A stretch of DNA of 64,000 nucleotides from the NCBI GenBank assembly GCA_044439905.1, contig JBITAC010000048.1, positions 334 to 64,333 of the forward strand, given 5' to 3'. Numbering within the stretch: the stretch's first letter is position 1; the number at the start of each line of letters is the position of its first letter. The notes under the pieces are model-generated. The model was given only the letters and a program-made list of their open reading frames with translations. It did no database searches and was not told where the DNA came from. Shown piece by piece: positions 16,698 through 28,979 of this stretch. The position numbers were made by a program, and so were the translations under genes. The DNA comes from Phycisphaerales bacterium JB063. Its GTDB lineage: Bacteria; Planctomycetota; Phycisphaerae; Phycisphaerales; Phycisphaeraceae.

Positions 16698-17600
16698 ATG
16701 AACATCCCCACCTACTGGGCACACGCGGCGGTCGACGCTCAAGGCGACCCCACGGACCTGCAGTCAGGCTACCTCGGCGTGGGCTGGTCCAGCACCAGCG
16801 AAGAAGACGCCCACCGTTGCGCACTCGAACGCGCCCGGCGGATCGCCCAGCGCATCGAGCACGGCGACTTCGACCACCCCGACCTCCACGAACAGTACTA
16901 CACCAACCGGCCACTGCGTGAGCAGGTCGTCGACCAACTCGATGCGCCAGGCGAACCGCTCGCGGTCATCACGCAGAACATCTACGGCGCGTACGTGCTC
17001 AACGCGAGCCGTGCGATGTTTATCGATATCGATGTACCGGCCCCGCCGCGCCCCAGGCCGCGTCGCCCCGAGCCCCGGGGGTTCTTCGCCCGGCTGTTTG
17101 GCCAGCCCGCGCCGCCGCCCGCGCCCCCTACCACGACCGCCGAGCCCGACCCCATCGACAGGATCCGGTCGCAGGTCGAACGCCAACCGGGCATGGGCAT
17201 GAAGGTCTACCGCACCCCGGCCGGCTTCCGCGGCCTTGTCACCAGCCAGCCCTACGACCCCGACGCCGACGCCGCCCACGCCGTGATGAAGTCTTTCGCC
17301 GCCGACAAGCTCTACACGATCCTGTGCAAGGCCCAGCACTGCTTCCGTGCCCGACTCACCCCCAAGCCCTGGCGCATCGGCATGGACAACCCGCCCCGCG
17401 CCTTCCCCTTCCTCGACGACAACCAACGCCGAGCCTTCGACGCCTGGAAACAACAATACGACCAACGGATCACCGGGTACGCCGCGTGCGCCCCGCTCTC
17501 GAACGAGCCATGGGGCAACCCGGATGTCCACCCCGACATCGCGCCCGTCCTCGCCTGGCACGACCAGCTCGCGTGCGGCCTCGGCCTACCACTGGCGTAG
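16698..17600 (+). CDS. Hypothetical protein with possible AEP (primase-polymerase)-like motifs
   Basis: 300-aa ORF with AMFIDID, KVYRTPAGFRGLV, DKLY...CFRARLTPKPWR. Confidence 0.75.
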   Translation: MNIPTYWAHAAVDAQGDPTDLQSGYLGVGWSSTSEEDAHRCALERARRIAQRIEHGDFDHPDLHEQYYTNRPLREQVVDQLDAPGEPLAVITQNIYGAYVLNASRAMFIDIDVPAPPRPRPRRPEPRGFFARLFGQPAPPPAPPTTTAEPDPIDRIRSQVERQPGMGMKVYRTPAGFRGLVTSQPYDPDADAAHAVMKSFAADKLYTILCKAQHCFRARLTPKPWRIGMDNPPRAFPFLDDNQRRAFDAWKQQYDQRITGYAACAPLSNEPWGNPDVHPDIAPVLAWHDQLACGLGLPLA

Positions 17601-17643
17601 GACGCATCCGGCAAACCCGGCAACACAACCCCGAACAGCCAGA

Positions 17644-17717
17644 CAGCCGGCGGCCTACGGACGCCGGACCCTCGGCTAGTCTTGTCGCTACACATCCGGC
17701 GTCCGCAGGCCGCCGGC
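17644..17717. repeat. REP-like inverted repeat (same family as 2184-2260)
   Basis: GCCGGCGGCCTACGGACGCCGGA and TCCGGCGTCCGCAGGCCGCCGGC pair at 22 of 23 positions. Confidence 0.85.
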
Positions 17718-17785
17718 GAATCGATCGCGAGCGCCCCGGGCGCACCGCCGTGAACCCGGGACGTACGCCCGACTAGAATGCCCCC

Positions 17786-19744
17786 ATGCCCATCCGCCAA
17801 CTCCCTACGCTTGTCATTAACCAGATCGCCGCGGGCGAGGTGATTGAGCGCCCCGCGTCGGTCGTGAAGGAGCTGGTCGAGAACGCCCTCGACGCCGGGG
17901 CAACGCACATCGACATCGCCATCGAGGAAGGCGGCGCCAAACTCATCCGCATCAGCGATGACGGCATCGGCATCCCCGAGGACGAGCTGACCCTGGCGGT
18001 CGCCCCCCACGCGACGAGCAAGATCACCAGCGCCGACCAGCTTGAAGCGATCGGCACGCTGGGGTTCCGTGGCGAAGCGTTGGCATCGATCGCGTCGGTC
18101 TCGCGCCTCCGTATCACGTCCCGCCCCACCCGCGAGGACGGCGTCGCCGAGGCCGCCGGTGTCCTCGAAGTCGATGGCGGCGAGGCCACCGGCCCCTTCC
18201 CCGGCGCAGCAAGGCCCGGCACGGTCATCGAGGTCCGGGACCTGTTCTTCAACACCCCCGCGCGGCGCAAGTTCATGCGATCGGCCGGCAGCGAGTTTGG
18301 CCACATCAACGACACCGTCCAGAAGATCGCGATGGTCAACGCCGACTGCGGCTTCACCCTCACGCACAACGGCCGAAAGGTCCAGGACCTCCCCCGCAAC
18401 CAGACCCGCAAGGACCGCTGCGTCGCACTCATGGGCAAGGACATCCAGGACGCGCTCATGGAGTTTGAGCGGGTCGACGACCCCAACCGCGGCAGCACCA
18501 AGGTCTGGGGCCTCGCGGGCATGCCCTCACTGGGCCGAGCGACCACCAAGTTCCAGCACGTCTGCGTCAACGGCCGACCCGTCAAAGACCGCAACCTCCA
18601 GCACGCCATCAAAGAAGCCTACCGCGGGCTCATGCCCCCCGACCGCTTCCCCCAGATCGTCGCCTTCATCGACATGGACCCCGCGCAGGTCGATGTCAAT
18701 GTCCATCCCCAGAAGTCCGAGGTCCGCTTCCGAAACCCCTCGCACCTGCACGGCCTGATCCTCACCGCGCTGCGCCAACGCCTGCTCGGTGCCGACCTCA
18801 CGCCAGCAGTGGGATTCAGGAGTTCGGGATCGGGGATTGGGGAAAGGCACGAAGCGGGGGTCGCGACACTCAGCCCGGCCGGCACCGCGCTCTCCGACCC
18901 CCAACTCGCAAACCCCACCCCCCCAATCCAAACAACAAGCGACTTCGTCGACTACTTCCGCAAGATGGACCCGAAGCAGAAGGGGTTTGTGTATTCGGAG
19001 GTCAAGAGGCAGCTCAAGGAAGAAACGCCCGAGCAGGTCAGCGAAGAGGACGACGCGTTTGAGGAGGAATTGCTCAGCCGACAAACGGCCGCCCCGCCCT
19101 CCCCGAACCCCCAATCCCCAACCCCCAACTCCCTGGACATCCTGCAGATCCACGACAGCTACGTCGTCACCCAGGATGCGCACGGCCTGGTCATCATCGA
19201 CCAGCACGCCCTGCACGAGCGCGTCATGTTCGAGAAGCTGCGGGCCCGGATCCTGGACGACAAGGAGACGCTCGAGAGCCAGCGGCTGCTCGTGCCCGAC
19301 GTGGTGCGGGCCGACGCGTCAAGGCAGGCGGCGTTGGAGGAACTGCAACCGCTGCTGGACCGCCTGGGGATCGAGGCGTCGCCCATCGGCCCGAGTGAGG
19401 TCGCGGTGCATGCGTTCCCGTCGCTGCTGTTCTCGCGGAACGTGAAGGTCGTACCTTTCATGGAGGAGCTGCTCGACAAGGCCGACGCCGGGGCGTTTGA
19501 CAAGATCGAGCTGGGCGACGGCACCGATGCGCAGCTGCCCGAAGAGGCGGCGTTGCACGAGGTGCTCGACATGATGAGCTGCAAGGCGGCGATCAAGGCC
19601 GGGGACAAGATGAGCGAGCAGGAGCTGGCGTCCCTGTTAGAACAACGCGACGCGATCGAGCGATCCAGCAACTGCCCGCATGGAAGGCCCACGACGCTGC
19701 GGCTGACGTTGAAAGACCTGGAACGGCAGTTCGGGCGCTCGTAA
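17786..19744 (+). CDS. mutL: DNA mismatch repair endonuclease MutL
   Basis: NQIAAGEVIERPASVVKELVENALDAGA, HATSK, GFRGEALASI, VDVNVHPQK; endonuclease motifs DQHALHERVMFE, MSCKAAIK and CPHGRP. Confidence 0.98.
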   Translation: MPIRQLPTLVINQIAAGEVIERPASVVKELVENALDAGATHIDIAIEEGGAKLIRISDDGIGIPEDELTLAVAPHATSKITSADQLEAIGTLGFRGEALASIASVSRLRITSRPTREDGVAEAAGVLEVDGGEATGPFPGAARPGTVIEVRDLFFNTPARRKFMRSAGSEFGHINDTVQKIAMVNADCGFTLTHNGRKVQDLPRNQTRKDRCVALMGKDIQDALMEFERVDDPNRGSTKVWGLAGMPSLGRATTKFQHVCVNGRPVKDRNLQHAIKEAYRGLMPPDRFPQIVAFIDMDPAQVDVNVHPQKSEVRFRNPSHLHGLILTALRQRLLGADLTPAVGFRSSGSGIGERHEAGVATLSPAGTALSDPQLANPTPPIQTTSDFVDYFRKMDPKQKGFVYSEVKRQLKEETPEQVSEEDDAFEEELLSRQTAAPPSPNPQSPTPNSLDILQIHDSYVVTQDAHGLVIIDQHALHERVMFEKLRARILDDKETLESQRLLVPDVVRADASRQAALEELQPLLDRLGIEASPIGPSEVAVHAFPSLLFSRNVKVVPFMEELLDKADAGAFDKIELGDGTDAQLPEEAALHEVLDMMSCKAAIKAGDKMSEQELASLLEQRDAIERSSNCPHGRPTTLRLTLKDLERQFGRS

Positions 19745-19864
19745 CCGTCGCGTCACACGCGGGGAGCGCCTGGCGCGGAAACTTGACGATCGCAACAGCC
19801 CGACCCCGGCGTGGCCCGCAGTTTCATTGGCCCTGCATATGGCGTGGCGGATGAGGGGCCACCC

Positions 19865-19892
19865 TTGACGCCCCCCCGGTCCGCCCTATAAT
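19865..19892 (+). promoter_or_regulatory. Sigma70 promoter of fusA
   Basis: TTGACG (19865-19870), 16-nt spacer, TATAAT (19887-19892). Confidence 0.75.
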
Positions 19893-20104
19893 GCTCGATT
19901 CCCCCGACTTTGGGGACAGGCGCGATCGCCCTAGCCCTTTTCGTCGGGCCCGACCGATGAAGTATCCCTGACCACGCCCGCCGGAGCGGGCTCGTTGGCT
20001 CCCCGCCCTGTCATGCAGCGCCTGGGCCGACGGTAGAAGCAGACCGCCCGCGATTCGACGGCCACGAACCCACCGCCCCGGACACCCCTTACCAAGGACC
20101 GACG

Positions 20105-22249
20105 ATGTCCACCACGACCACCACCGGCAAACTCACCCGTCTGCAGAAAACCCGAAACTTCGGCATCTGCGCCCACATCGACGCGGGCAAGACCACCACC
20201 ACCGAACGCGTCCTGTTCTACACCGGCAAGGCCTACAAGATCGGCGAGGTCCACGAGGGCACCGCCACCATGGACCACATGCAGGACGAGCAGGAACGCG
20301 GCATCACCATCACCTCCGCCGCCACCACCTGCCCCTGGACACGCAACGGCGTCGAGTACACCTGTAACCTCATCGACACCCCCGGCCACGTCGACTTCAC
20401 CATGGAAGTCGAACGCTCCATGCGCGTCCTCGACGGCGCCGTCGTCGTCTTCGACGGCAAGGAAGGCGTCGAAGCCCAGTCCGAGACCGTCTGGCGTCAG
20501 GCCCAGCGATACAAAGTCCCGCGCATCTGCTTTATCAACAAGATGGACAAAATGGGGGCGGACTTCGACTACGCGTTCCAGACCCTCCACGACCGCCTCG
20601 CCGCCCCGGCCGTGGCGGTGCAGTACCCCATCGGCAAGGCCGACTCGTTCGAGGGCATCATCGACCTGCTGCTCATGAAGGCCTACTACTTCTCCAAGGA
20701 AGACATGGGCACGACGATCACCGAGGGCGAGATCCCCGCCGAGTACGTCGACAAGGCCAACGAGCTGCGTGAAAAGCTCATCGAAGTCGCGGCCGAGCAG
20801 GACGACGACCTGACCGAAAAGTACCTCGAAGAAGGGACGCTCAGCGACGACGAGGTCCGCATGGCGCTGCGTAAGGGCACGATCGCCCGCACCGTGCACC
20901 CGACCTTCTGTGGCTCGGCCCTGCAGAACATCGGTGTGCAGAAGCTGCTCGACGGCATCGTCGACTACCTGCCCAACCCCACCGAAGTCCCCGACACCGA
21001 GGGCACCGACCCCGACGACGCCGAGAAACGCCTCACCCGCCCCCACAGCGAAGAGGCCCCGCTCTCGGCCCTGGTGTTCAAGGTCGTCAACGACGCCCAC
21101 GGCGACCTCACCTACGTCCGCATCTACTCGGGCAAGCTCGAGAAGGGCACACGCGTGCTCAACTCGAACAACGGCAAACGCGAGATCGTCAGCCGCATCT
21201 TCGAGATGCACGCCAACGACCGCCAGGCCCGGGACGAGGCCCTCGCCGGCGAGATCGTCGCGGTGGTCGGCCTGAAGAACAGCAACACCGGCGAAACCCT
21301 CTGCGCCCAGGACGACCCCATCGTCCTCGACCGCATGGACTTCCCCGAGCCCGTGATCTCGATGTCGATCGAGCCCGCCTCCGCGGGTGACAAGGAAAAG
21401 CTCGCCAACGCGCTGGGCACCATCCGCCGCGAAGACCCCTCGTTCCAGACGCACTACGACGAGGAGACCGGCGAAAGCATCATCGCGGGCATGGGCGAGC
21501 TTCACCTGGACATCATCCGGACCCGCCTCACCCGCGACATGAAGATCGCCGTCAACGTCGGCCAGCCCCGCGTGGCGTACAAGGAAGCCATCACCGGCAC
21601 CGCCGTCGAAACCGGCATCCACAAGAAGCAGTCCGGCGGCCGAGGCCAGTTCGGTAACTGTACGATCGAGGTCTCCCCGATCACCGAGGAAGAAGCCATC
21701 GAGCAGGACCTCAAGTACATCGACGGTGTCGCCTTCGAAGACGGCATCGTCGGCGGTGCGATCCCCCGCGAGTTTATCCCCTCCGTCGGCGCCGGTGCCC
21801 GTGCGACCGCGAAGTCGGGCGTCCTCGCCGGCTACCCGCTGCTGGGCGTCAAGGTCAAGGTCATCGACGGTAAGTACCACGACGTCGACTCCAGCCAGAT
21901 CGCCTTCGAGATGGCCGGCTCGATCGCCTTCAAGAACGCGACCCGCAAGGCCGGCCTGGTCCTCCAGGAACCGATCATGAAGGTCATCGTCACCACCCCG
22001 GACGAGTTCTTCGGCAACGTCACCGGCGACCTCAACCGACGCCGGGCCCTGATCGTCGGCGACGAGGAACGCGGCAACACCCGCGTCATCACCGCCGAGG
22101 CACCGCTCTCGGAGATGTTCGGCTACTCGAACTCCCTCCGCGGCATGTCACAGGGCCGGGCCTCCTTCGCCATGGAGCCCCTGGACTACCGCGAGGTGCC
22201 CGCCGGTATCGCCAAGGAAATCCTTGAGAAACAAGGCGAGGGCAAGTAA
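20105..22249 (+). CDS. fusA: Elongation factor G, stand-alone copy
   Basis: [66 protein letters not shown]. Confidence 0.98.
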   Translation: MSTTTTTGKLTRLQKTRNFGICAHIDAGKTTTTERVLFYTGKAYKIGEVHEGTATMDHMQDEQERGITITSAATTCPWTRNGVEYTCNLIDTPGHVDFTMEVERSMRVLDGAVVVFDGKEGVEAQSETVWRQAQRYKVPRICFINKMDKMGADFDYAFQTLHDRLAAPAVAVQYPIGKADSFEGIIDLLLMKAYYFSKEDMGTTITEGEIPAEYVDKANELREKLIEVAAEQDDDLTEKYLEEGTLSDDEVRMALRKGTIARTVHPTFCGSALQNIGVQKLLDGIVDYLPNPTEVPDTEGTDPDDAEKRLTRPHSEEAPLSALVFKVVNDAHGDLTYVRIYSGKLEKGTRVLNSNNGKREIVSRIFEMHANDRQARDEALAGEIVAVVGLKNSNTGETLCAQDDPIVLDRMDFPEPVISMSIEPASAGDKEKLANALGTIRREDPSFQTHYDEETGESIIAGMGELHLDIIRTRLTRDMKIAVNVGQPRVAYKEAITGTAVETGIHKKQSGGRGQFGNCTIEVSPITEEEAIEQDLKYIDGVAFEDGIVGGAIPREFIPSVGAGARATAKSGVLAGYPLLGVKVKVIDGKYHDVDSSQIAFEMAGSIAFKNATRKAGLVLQEPIMKVIVTTPDEFFGNVTGDLNRRRALIVGDEERGNTRVITAEAPLSEMFGYSNSLRGMSQGRASFAMEPLDYREVPAGIAKEILEKQGEGK

Positions 22250-22270
22250 CCCCCCAACCCGCGATTCCCC

Positions 22271-22303
22271 AAAGCCCACGGCCGCCCGCCGTGGGCTTTT
22301 TTC
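22271..22303 (+). terminator. Intrinsic terminator after fusA
   Basis: AAAGCCCACGG-CCGCCCG-CCGTGGGCTTT followed by TTTC. Confidence 0.85.
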
Positions 22304-22402
22304 ATACCCCAATCCTTGCCCGGGTCCGCCCAACGCCTTATCCTGATAGGCATACGATTCCGGCCCAACGCCCCAAACGACATCCTCACACGGGAACCCA
22401 CC

Positions 22403-23758
22403 ATGCCCACGCGCCTTCTCCTGTCCGCGCTCGTTGCGATGACGCTGTGCACCGCGCCCGCCCTGGCCGACACGCCCGCGACCAACCTGCCCACCGCGCG
22501 GCCGATGGTCGCCAACGACAACGTCAGCAGCGAGGGCTTCGAAGCACTCAGCTACGGCAAGACGTTCTACCACGAGGTCCCGATGGTCGACGCCCCGCCC
22601 CTGATGAACCCCGCGGAAGGCGGCGGCATCGGCATGAACATCACGGCCGAGAGCATCATCAACAACGTCCGCTACGCCGGCGAACACCCCGACATCCAGC
22701 ATGTCGTCTTTATGATGCGCACCGGCGGCGGCAAGGTGTTCCACGCCGAGGCGATGAAGGACATCATCGAAGATTACCACCGCACGACCGAGTTCCACAT
22801 CATCATCGATGACGCGATCTCCGCAGGCACGTGGACCGTCTTCAGCTGCGACACGATCTTCATGATCGACTCCGGCTCGGTCGGCGGGGCCGTCATGTAC
22901 GTCACCTTCCCCGACGGCAGCGTGCAGGCCTCGCCCGAGATCCCCGCGGTCGCCGCACGCATGTCCAAGCTCGCCGAGCGCAACGGGCACCCCGGTGTCC
23001 TCGCCCCCGCGATGATGCACCTGCCCGCCGAGCTCCACTACTGGGAAGAAGACGGCGAGGTCGTCCTCTCCGGCAGCGCGCCAAGTTCACGCTCCTCAGT
23101 TCAGAACCACCGCGTGCTCGACTCCGAAAACGACGTCCTCACCCTCACCTCGCAGGACGCCTTCATGATCGGCCTGGCCGAACGCATCGAGGGCTTCAAC
23201 GCCGACCTCGTCGGCGAGCATATCGGCATCAACGACTGGACCCGCGCCAACCACTTCGGCCAGGTCGTGCACGAGATCGGCGATGTCTACAACGTCACCA
23301 TGCCGCTGCAAGACCGGGCCGAGGCCATCAAGTCTCAGATGCAGTATGTCCGCAACACCCGTGAAAACCGCGAGCACCCCCAGGCGGCCCAGCTCCTTGA
23401 GCAGCATCAGATCTATCAGAAGCTGATCGACGCATACTCGAAGATCAACGAAGCGTTGAACAACCTGCCCTCCGTCCACCCCGAGCGTCACATCTACTTC
23501 GCCGACGCCGAGGGCCGAACGATCCTCGCCGACCCCGAGCAGTGGGAGGTCGATGTCGCCGCCGCCCGTGAGTACTGCCGCGACCTGAACAGCGGGCTGC
23601 GCGACCTGCGCAGCGCCTACCGCATGATGGAACAAGACGACGACAACCTCAACGACACCGAGGCCGCGTTCGACCTCATCATCGGCCGCATCGAAGGCAT
23701 CGCCCGCCAAGGCAACGCCGCCTACTGGATGGAAAACAGCGACGACCTGATCGACTAA
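22403..23758 (+). CDS. Exported protein with an NfeD/ClpP-crotonase-like N-terminal domain and helical C-terminus
   Basis: Signal peptide; MRTGGG, DDAISAGTW...CDTIFM...SVGGA, LAERNGHP, VLTLTSQDA. Confidence 0.75.
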   Translation: MPTRLLLSALVAMTLCTAPALADTPATNLPTARPMVANDNVSSEGFEALSYGKTFYHEVPMVDAPPLMNPAEGGGIGMNITAESIINNVRYAGEHPDIQHVVFMMRTGGGKVFHAEAMKDIIEDYHRTTEFHIIIDDAISAGTWTVFSCDTIFMIDSGSVGGAVMYVTFPDGSVQASPEIPAVAARMSKLAERNGHPGVLAPAMMHLPAELHYWEEDGEVVLSGSAPSSRSSVQNHRVLDSENDVLTLTSQDAFMIGLAERIEGFNADLVGEHIGINDWTRANHFGQVVHEIGDVYNVTMPLQDRAEAIKSQMQYVRNTRENREHPQAAQLLEQHQIYQKLIDAYSKINEALNNLPSVHPERHIYFADAEGRTILADPEQWEVDVAAAREYCRDLNSGLRDLRSAYRMMEQDDDNLNDTEAAFDLIIGRIEGIARQGNAAYWMENSDDLID

Positions 23759-23809
23759 CGACCCCACCGCCCCGACACGCGGGCAACCCGTCCGCCAGGA
23801 ACCTTCCCT

Positions 23810-25195
23810 ATGAAGACCGCCCTCCCGCTTGCCGCCGCGGCCATCGCCGCCTCGGCCCTCCTCATCCCCCCCACGCTCAAGGCCGCGCCCGGCGTCGCCC
23901 CCACCGAGGCGTCGGCCAAAGCGACGTCGCCTTCCAAGTACGCCGAGGCGCTGGGCGGCAAGGTCACCAACGCCGGGTTCGAAGACCTCGTCTACAACAC
24001 GACCTTCTTCGTCGAAATCCCCATGGTCGGCAGGATCGGCCCCGAGGTCTCGCCCGACGCCGTGAAGAGCGCCCTCCGCATGGCCGCCGAGAACCCGCAC
24101 ATCCACCATGTCGTCTACATGATCGACAGCGATGCGCGGGAAGGCCGGCTACTCGATAAGGAAGTCGTCGGCATCTACCAGGACGAGCTCGAAGTCCACG
24201 GCATCCTCGACCAGGCCACCTTCCTCGCCGCCTTCCCCGTCTTCTTCTGCGACTCGCTCTTCATCGTCGAGGGCGGGCACGTCGGCGGCCTCCCACTCCA
24301 CCGCTACGTCCCCCAAGGCAGCGACGAAGTCACCGCCAAGATGGTCGGTATCTTCACCAACCAGCTCGCCTCCGCCGCCGAGCAGCACGGCCACAACCCC
24401 GACATCGTCCGCGCGATGATCGACCAGACCAAGTCCCTCCACTACTGGCGTGAGCACGGCGTCACCTACGTCTCCAACACGCCCCCCGACAGCCCCGCCA
24501 CCGTCGACGACTACGAACACATCACCTCGCATATCAGCGGCGAAACCATCACGCTCGACTACGACCAGGCCATCCAGCTCGAACTCTGCCTCCCCATCGA
24601 AGAGTTCGACTCCATCTGGGTCGGCGACCAGATCGGCGTCGGCAACTGGCAACCCGCGAACCGCTACGGCCTGATCTCCAACCAGATCGGCCGGATCAAC
24701 GAAGAGCTCACCCCCCTGCGGGACCAGCTCGACGCCATCGACCGCCAGCTGCCCGATATCCAGACCACCCGCGAAAACCGCAACGACCCCAACCTCCGCC
24801 GACTCCAGGAAGCCAAACGCAACTTCGAACGCGGCGTCGCGGCGGTCGAAAGCATCACCGAAGCACTCAACGAGCTCTACCTCATCCACCCCGAACGCCA
24901 CCCCTACTTCCCCGGCAAGAACGGCGAAACCATCCTCGAAGACCCCGACCAGTGGCAGCAGGACGCCAACGCCGCGCAGCAGCTCGTCTCCCGCGCCGAG
25001 TCCGGCCTGTCGACCCTACGCAACATCTTCGACCTCCTCGAAGCCGACCCCGCGCAGCTCGACGACCTGGTCGAGACGCTCGACGGCGTCAAGGAACACC
25101 TCAACGGGATCCGCCAGAACGGCAACGTCTACTACTGGGAAAAGATCTACGAAGAGCCCCTGCCCCCCGATGAGTACGGCGTCACCTACGGCTAA
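23810..25195 (+). CDS. Tandem paralog of the NfeD-like exported protein
   Basis: Signal peptide; aligns with the upstream gene (FEDLVYNTTFFVEIPMVG, AAEQHGHN, HPERHPYF, ILEDPDQW, GNVYYW). Confidence 0.75.
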   Translation: MKTALPLAAAAIAASALLIPPTLKAAPGVAPTEASAKATSPSKYAEALGGKVTNAGFEDLVYNTTFFVEIPMVGRIGPEVSPDAVKSALRMAAENPHIHHVVYMIDSDAREGRLLDKEVVGIYQDELEVHGILDQATFLAAFPVFFCDSLFIVEGGHVGGLPLHRYVPQGSDEVTAKMVGIFTNQLASAAEQHGHNPDIVRAMIDQTKSLHYWREHGVTYVSNTPPDSPATVDDYEHITSHISGETITLDYDQAIQLELCLPIEEFDSIWVGDQIGVGNWQPANRYGLISNQIGRINEELTPLRDQLDAIDRQLPDIQTTRENRNDPNLRRLQEAKRNFERGVAAVESITEALNELYLIHPERHPYFPGKNGETILEDPDQWQQDANAAQQLVSRAESGLSTLRNIFDLLEADPAQLDDLVETLDGVKEHLNGIRQNGNVYYWEKIYEEPLPPDEYGVTYG

Positions 25196-25252
25196 ACCCG
25201 GCCAAGACGATCGGCCGCCGAACCAGAGCCCATCCAAACTCGCCCCTCCCCC

Positions 25253-25283
25253 AAGCCCGCCCTCACCCGGCGGGTTTTTCTTT
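25253..25283 (+). terminator. Intrinsic terminator after the NfeD-like pair
   Basis: AAGCCCGCC-CTCACCC-GGCGGGTTT followed by TTCTTT. Confidence 0.7.
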
Positions 25284-25329
25284 GCCCCGACACACAACAC
25301 CAAATCCCGTCTGCTACCCTACGCGGCTC

Positions 25330-27360
<2,031 letters not shown>

Positions 27361-27403
27361 GACAGCTGTACACGCCTGAAACACCCCGCGAAAGCCGTAG
27401 GCC

Positions 27404-28234
27404 CTACCCCCCCGCGACCTCGTAGCCCGTGGGCTGCTGGGGCTGGACCACTTCACGGTCACGCCAGAAGCGCACCGCATCGGTCCACCCGCGCGGCCGT
27501 TGATACGGGGCGTAGGTGTACACCTGCTGATTCGCAAAGACGTTGCCGCCCTGCGCATGGGCCCAGTCCGCCCAGTCACGCGGGTCGTGGCCCGCGTCGT
27601 GCCCGGTGAGGGTCAGCAGCGACTGCTTGGCCGCGGCGATCACCGCATAGTTGCGGTCCTCGAGCGCCCGGCTCAGCGCATTAAACACCGTCATCTCCGG
27701 GTACTGCCCCAACGCATCGCACGCCGCCTGACGCACATCGCTGTCGGGCTCGTCCTCGTCGCTGGTCAACGCGATCAGCGCCGGCACCGCGGGCGGATGA
27801 TGGATCATGCGCAGCCCGTTCGCGGCGTTCCAGCGAACCTGCGCGTTCTCATCGCCAAGCATCACCACCAGGAGGTTCGCGTCCTCCACGCTGCCGTGCA
27901 GGCCGAGCGCCTGAGCACAGGCCGCACGGACCGAAGGGTCGGGGTCGTTATAGAACAGGCGGTACGATCGGACATACTCTTCCTCACCGCCAAAGGGCGC
28001 GGCGCTGAGCCAGTTCATCCCCTCGCGGCGGTTGTCCGCATCGTCTCGATCAAACATCATGCCCACCGCCTCGGAGGGCGTCGGCGGCTGGGGGAACACC
28101 GACGCGATCGCCGAGGCCGCGTCCAGTTTGCCGTTCGCACACCCCGCCGACCCGGCCAAGAGCCCGGCCCCCACCACCAGCCCTGCGGTCGCCCGGACGG
28201 ACCATCCAACGGATTGTGTACGTTTCTCTGCCAT
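27404..28234 (-). CDS. HEAT-repeat lipoprotein
   Basis: Lipobox-like LLAGSAGC; repeats of D.D..VR..A..ALG. Confidence 0.8.
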   Translation of the reverse strand: MAEKRTQSVGWSVRATAGLVVGAGLLAGSAGCANGKLDAASAIASVFPQPPTPSEAVGMMFDRDDADNRREGMNWLSAAPFGGEEEYVRSYRLFYNDPDPSVRAACAQALGLHGSVEDANLLVVMLGDENAQVRWNAANGLRMIHHPPAVPALIALTSDEDEPDSDVRQAACDALGQYPEMTVFNALSRALEDRNYAVIAAAKQSLLTLTGHDAGHDPRDWADWAHAQGGNVFANQQVYTYAPYQRPRGWTDAVRFWRDREVVQPQQPTGYEVAGG

Positions 28235-28355
28235 GATGAGCGATTTTATCGGTAGATCATCCTTCGTGCGAAATCCCCGCCACCCGTCCCATCGGCACCC
28301 CCCCGCCCCGGGCGTGAACAATCGGCAGACGATCGCAAAAATCCACACCCCCGAC

Positions 28356-28383
28356 TTGCAGCCCCCGCGATCCCCACTACAAT
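28356..28383 (+). promoter_or_regulatory. Sigma70-like promoter of tRNA-Glu
   Basis: TTGCAG (28356-28361), 16-nt spacer, TACAAT (28378-28383). Confidence 0.55.
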
Positions 28384-28400
28384 ATGCGGCCCGGAACGAC

Positions 28401-28475
28401 GGCCCCTTCGTCTAGTCTGGTCTAGGACACCAGGTTTTCATCCTGGTAACACGGGTTCAAATCCCGTAGGGGTCA
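28401..28475 (+). tRNA. tRNA-Glu (TTC)
   Basis: Acceptor GGCCCCT/AGGGGTC, anticodon arm CCAGG-TTTTCAT-CCTGG, T-loop GGTTCAAATCC; CCA not encoded. Confidence 0.96.
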
Positions 28476-28504
28476 CTTAAGACACTTCCGTGTCCACGCA
28501 TGTC

Positions 28505-28536
28505 CCGCCCTGACCCCGTCAGGGCGGTTTGCGTTT
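28505..28536 (+). terminator. Terminator-like hairpin after tRNA-Glu
   Basis: CCGCCCTGAC-CCC-GTCAGGGCGG followed by TTTGCGTTT. Confidence 0.65.
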
Positions 28537-28960
28537 CAGCGCCCCGCTATGTCCGTGCATGATCCCCGCGCCTAGAGCCGCGCTATCCTGCGCTGGCTCA
28601 TCGGCCGCTGCACTACGACCGACAACGCCGACCAATCCCAACACCCGGGCGGCATTGAAGTCGTCATCCGTCACCTGCAAGTCGCACCGGTTGGGGGCGC
28701 GCTCGCTGTTGCCCCTCCACGCGCAGACGGCGTGCGTTGGGAAATGCTGTTCGAAGTCGGCCTGCCGGGTGGAGCGCGAGGTATGCCGCAGGTGGTACCA
28801 GGGTTTGACGCCGGCCCACTCGAACGCACGCTGCAATCGCACGGCAATAATCCCCACGTGCGTGACGGACAGCCAAGGCCACGTGAGCGGCTCGCCTTCC
28901 TCACCCAGTTCGCATGTCTCCCGAAGCGCCCCACCCTCTTCGAGAGGCGGAAAGTCACCG
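28519..28960 (-). pseudogene. Decayed tyrosine integrase, C-terminal remnant
   Basis: LQRAFEWAGVKPWYHLRHTSRSTRQADFEQHFPTHAVCAWRGNS...LQVTDDDF aligns with the better preserved remnant at 47486-47790. The catalytic HY position is lost. Confidence 0.75.
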
Positions 28961-28979
28961 ACTCACCCAAGCGTGCATC

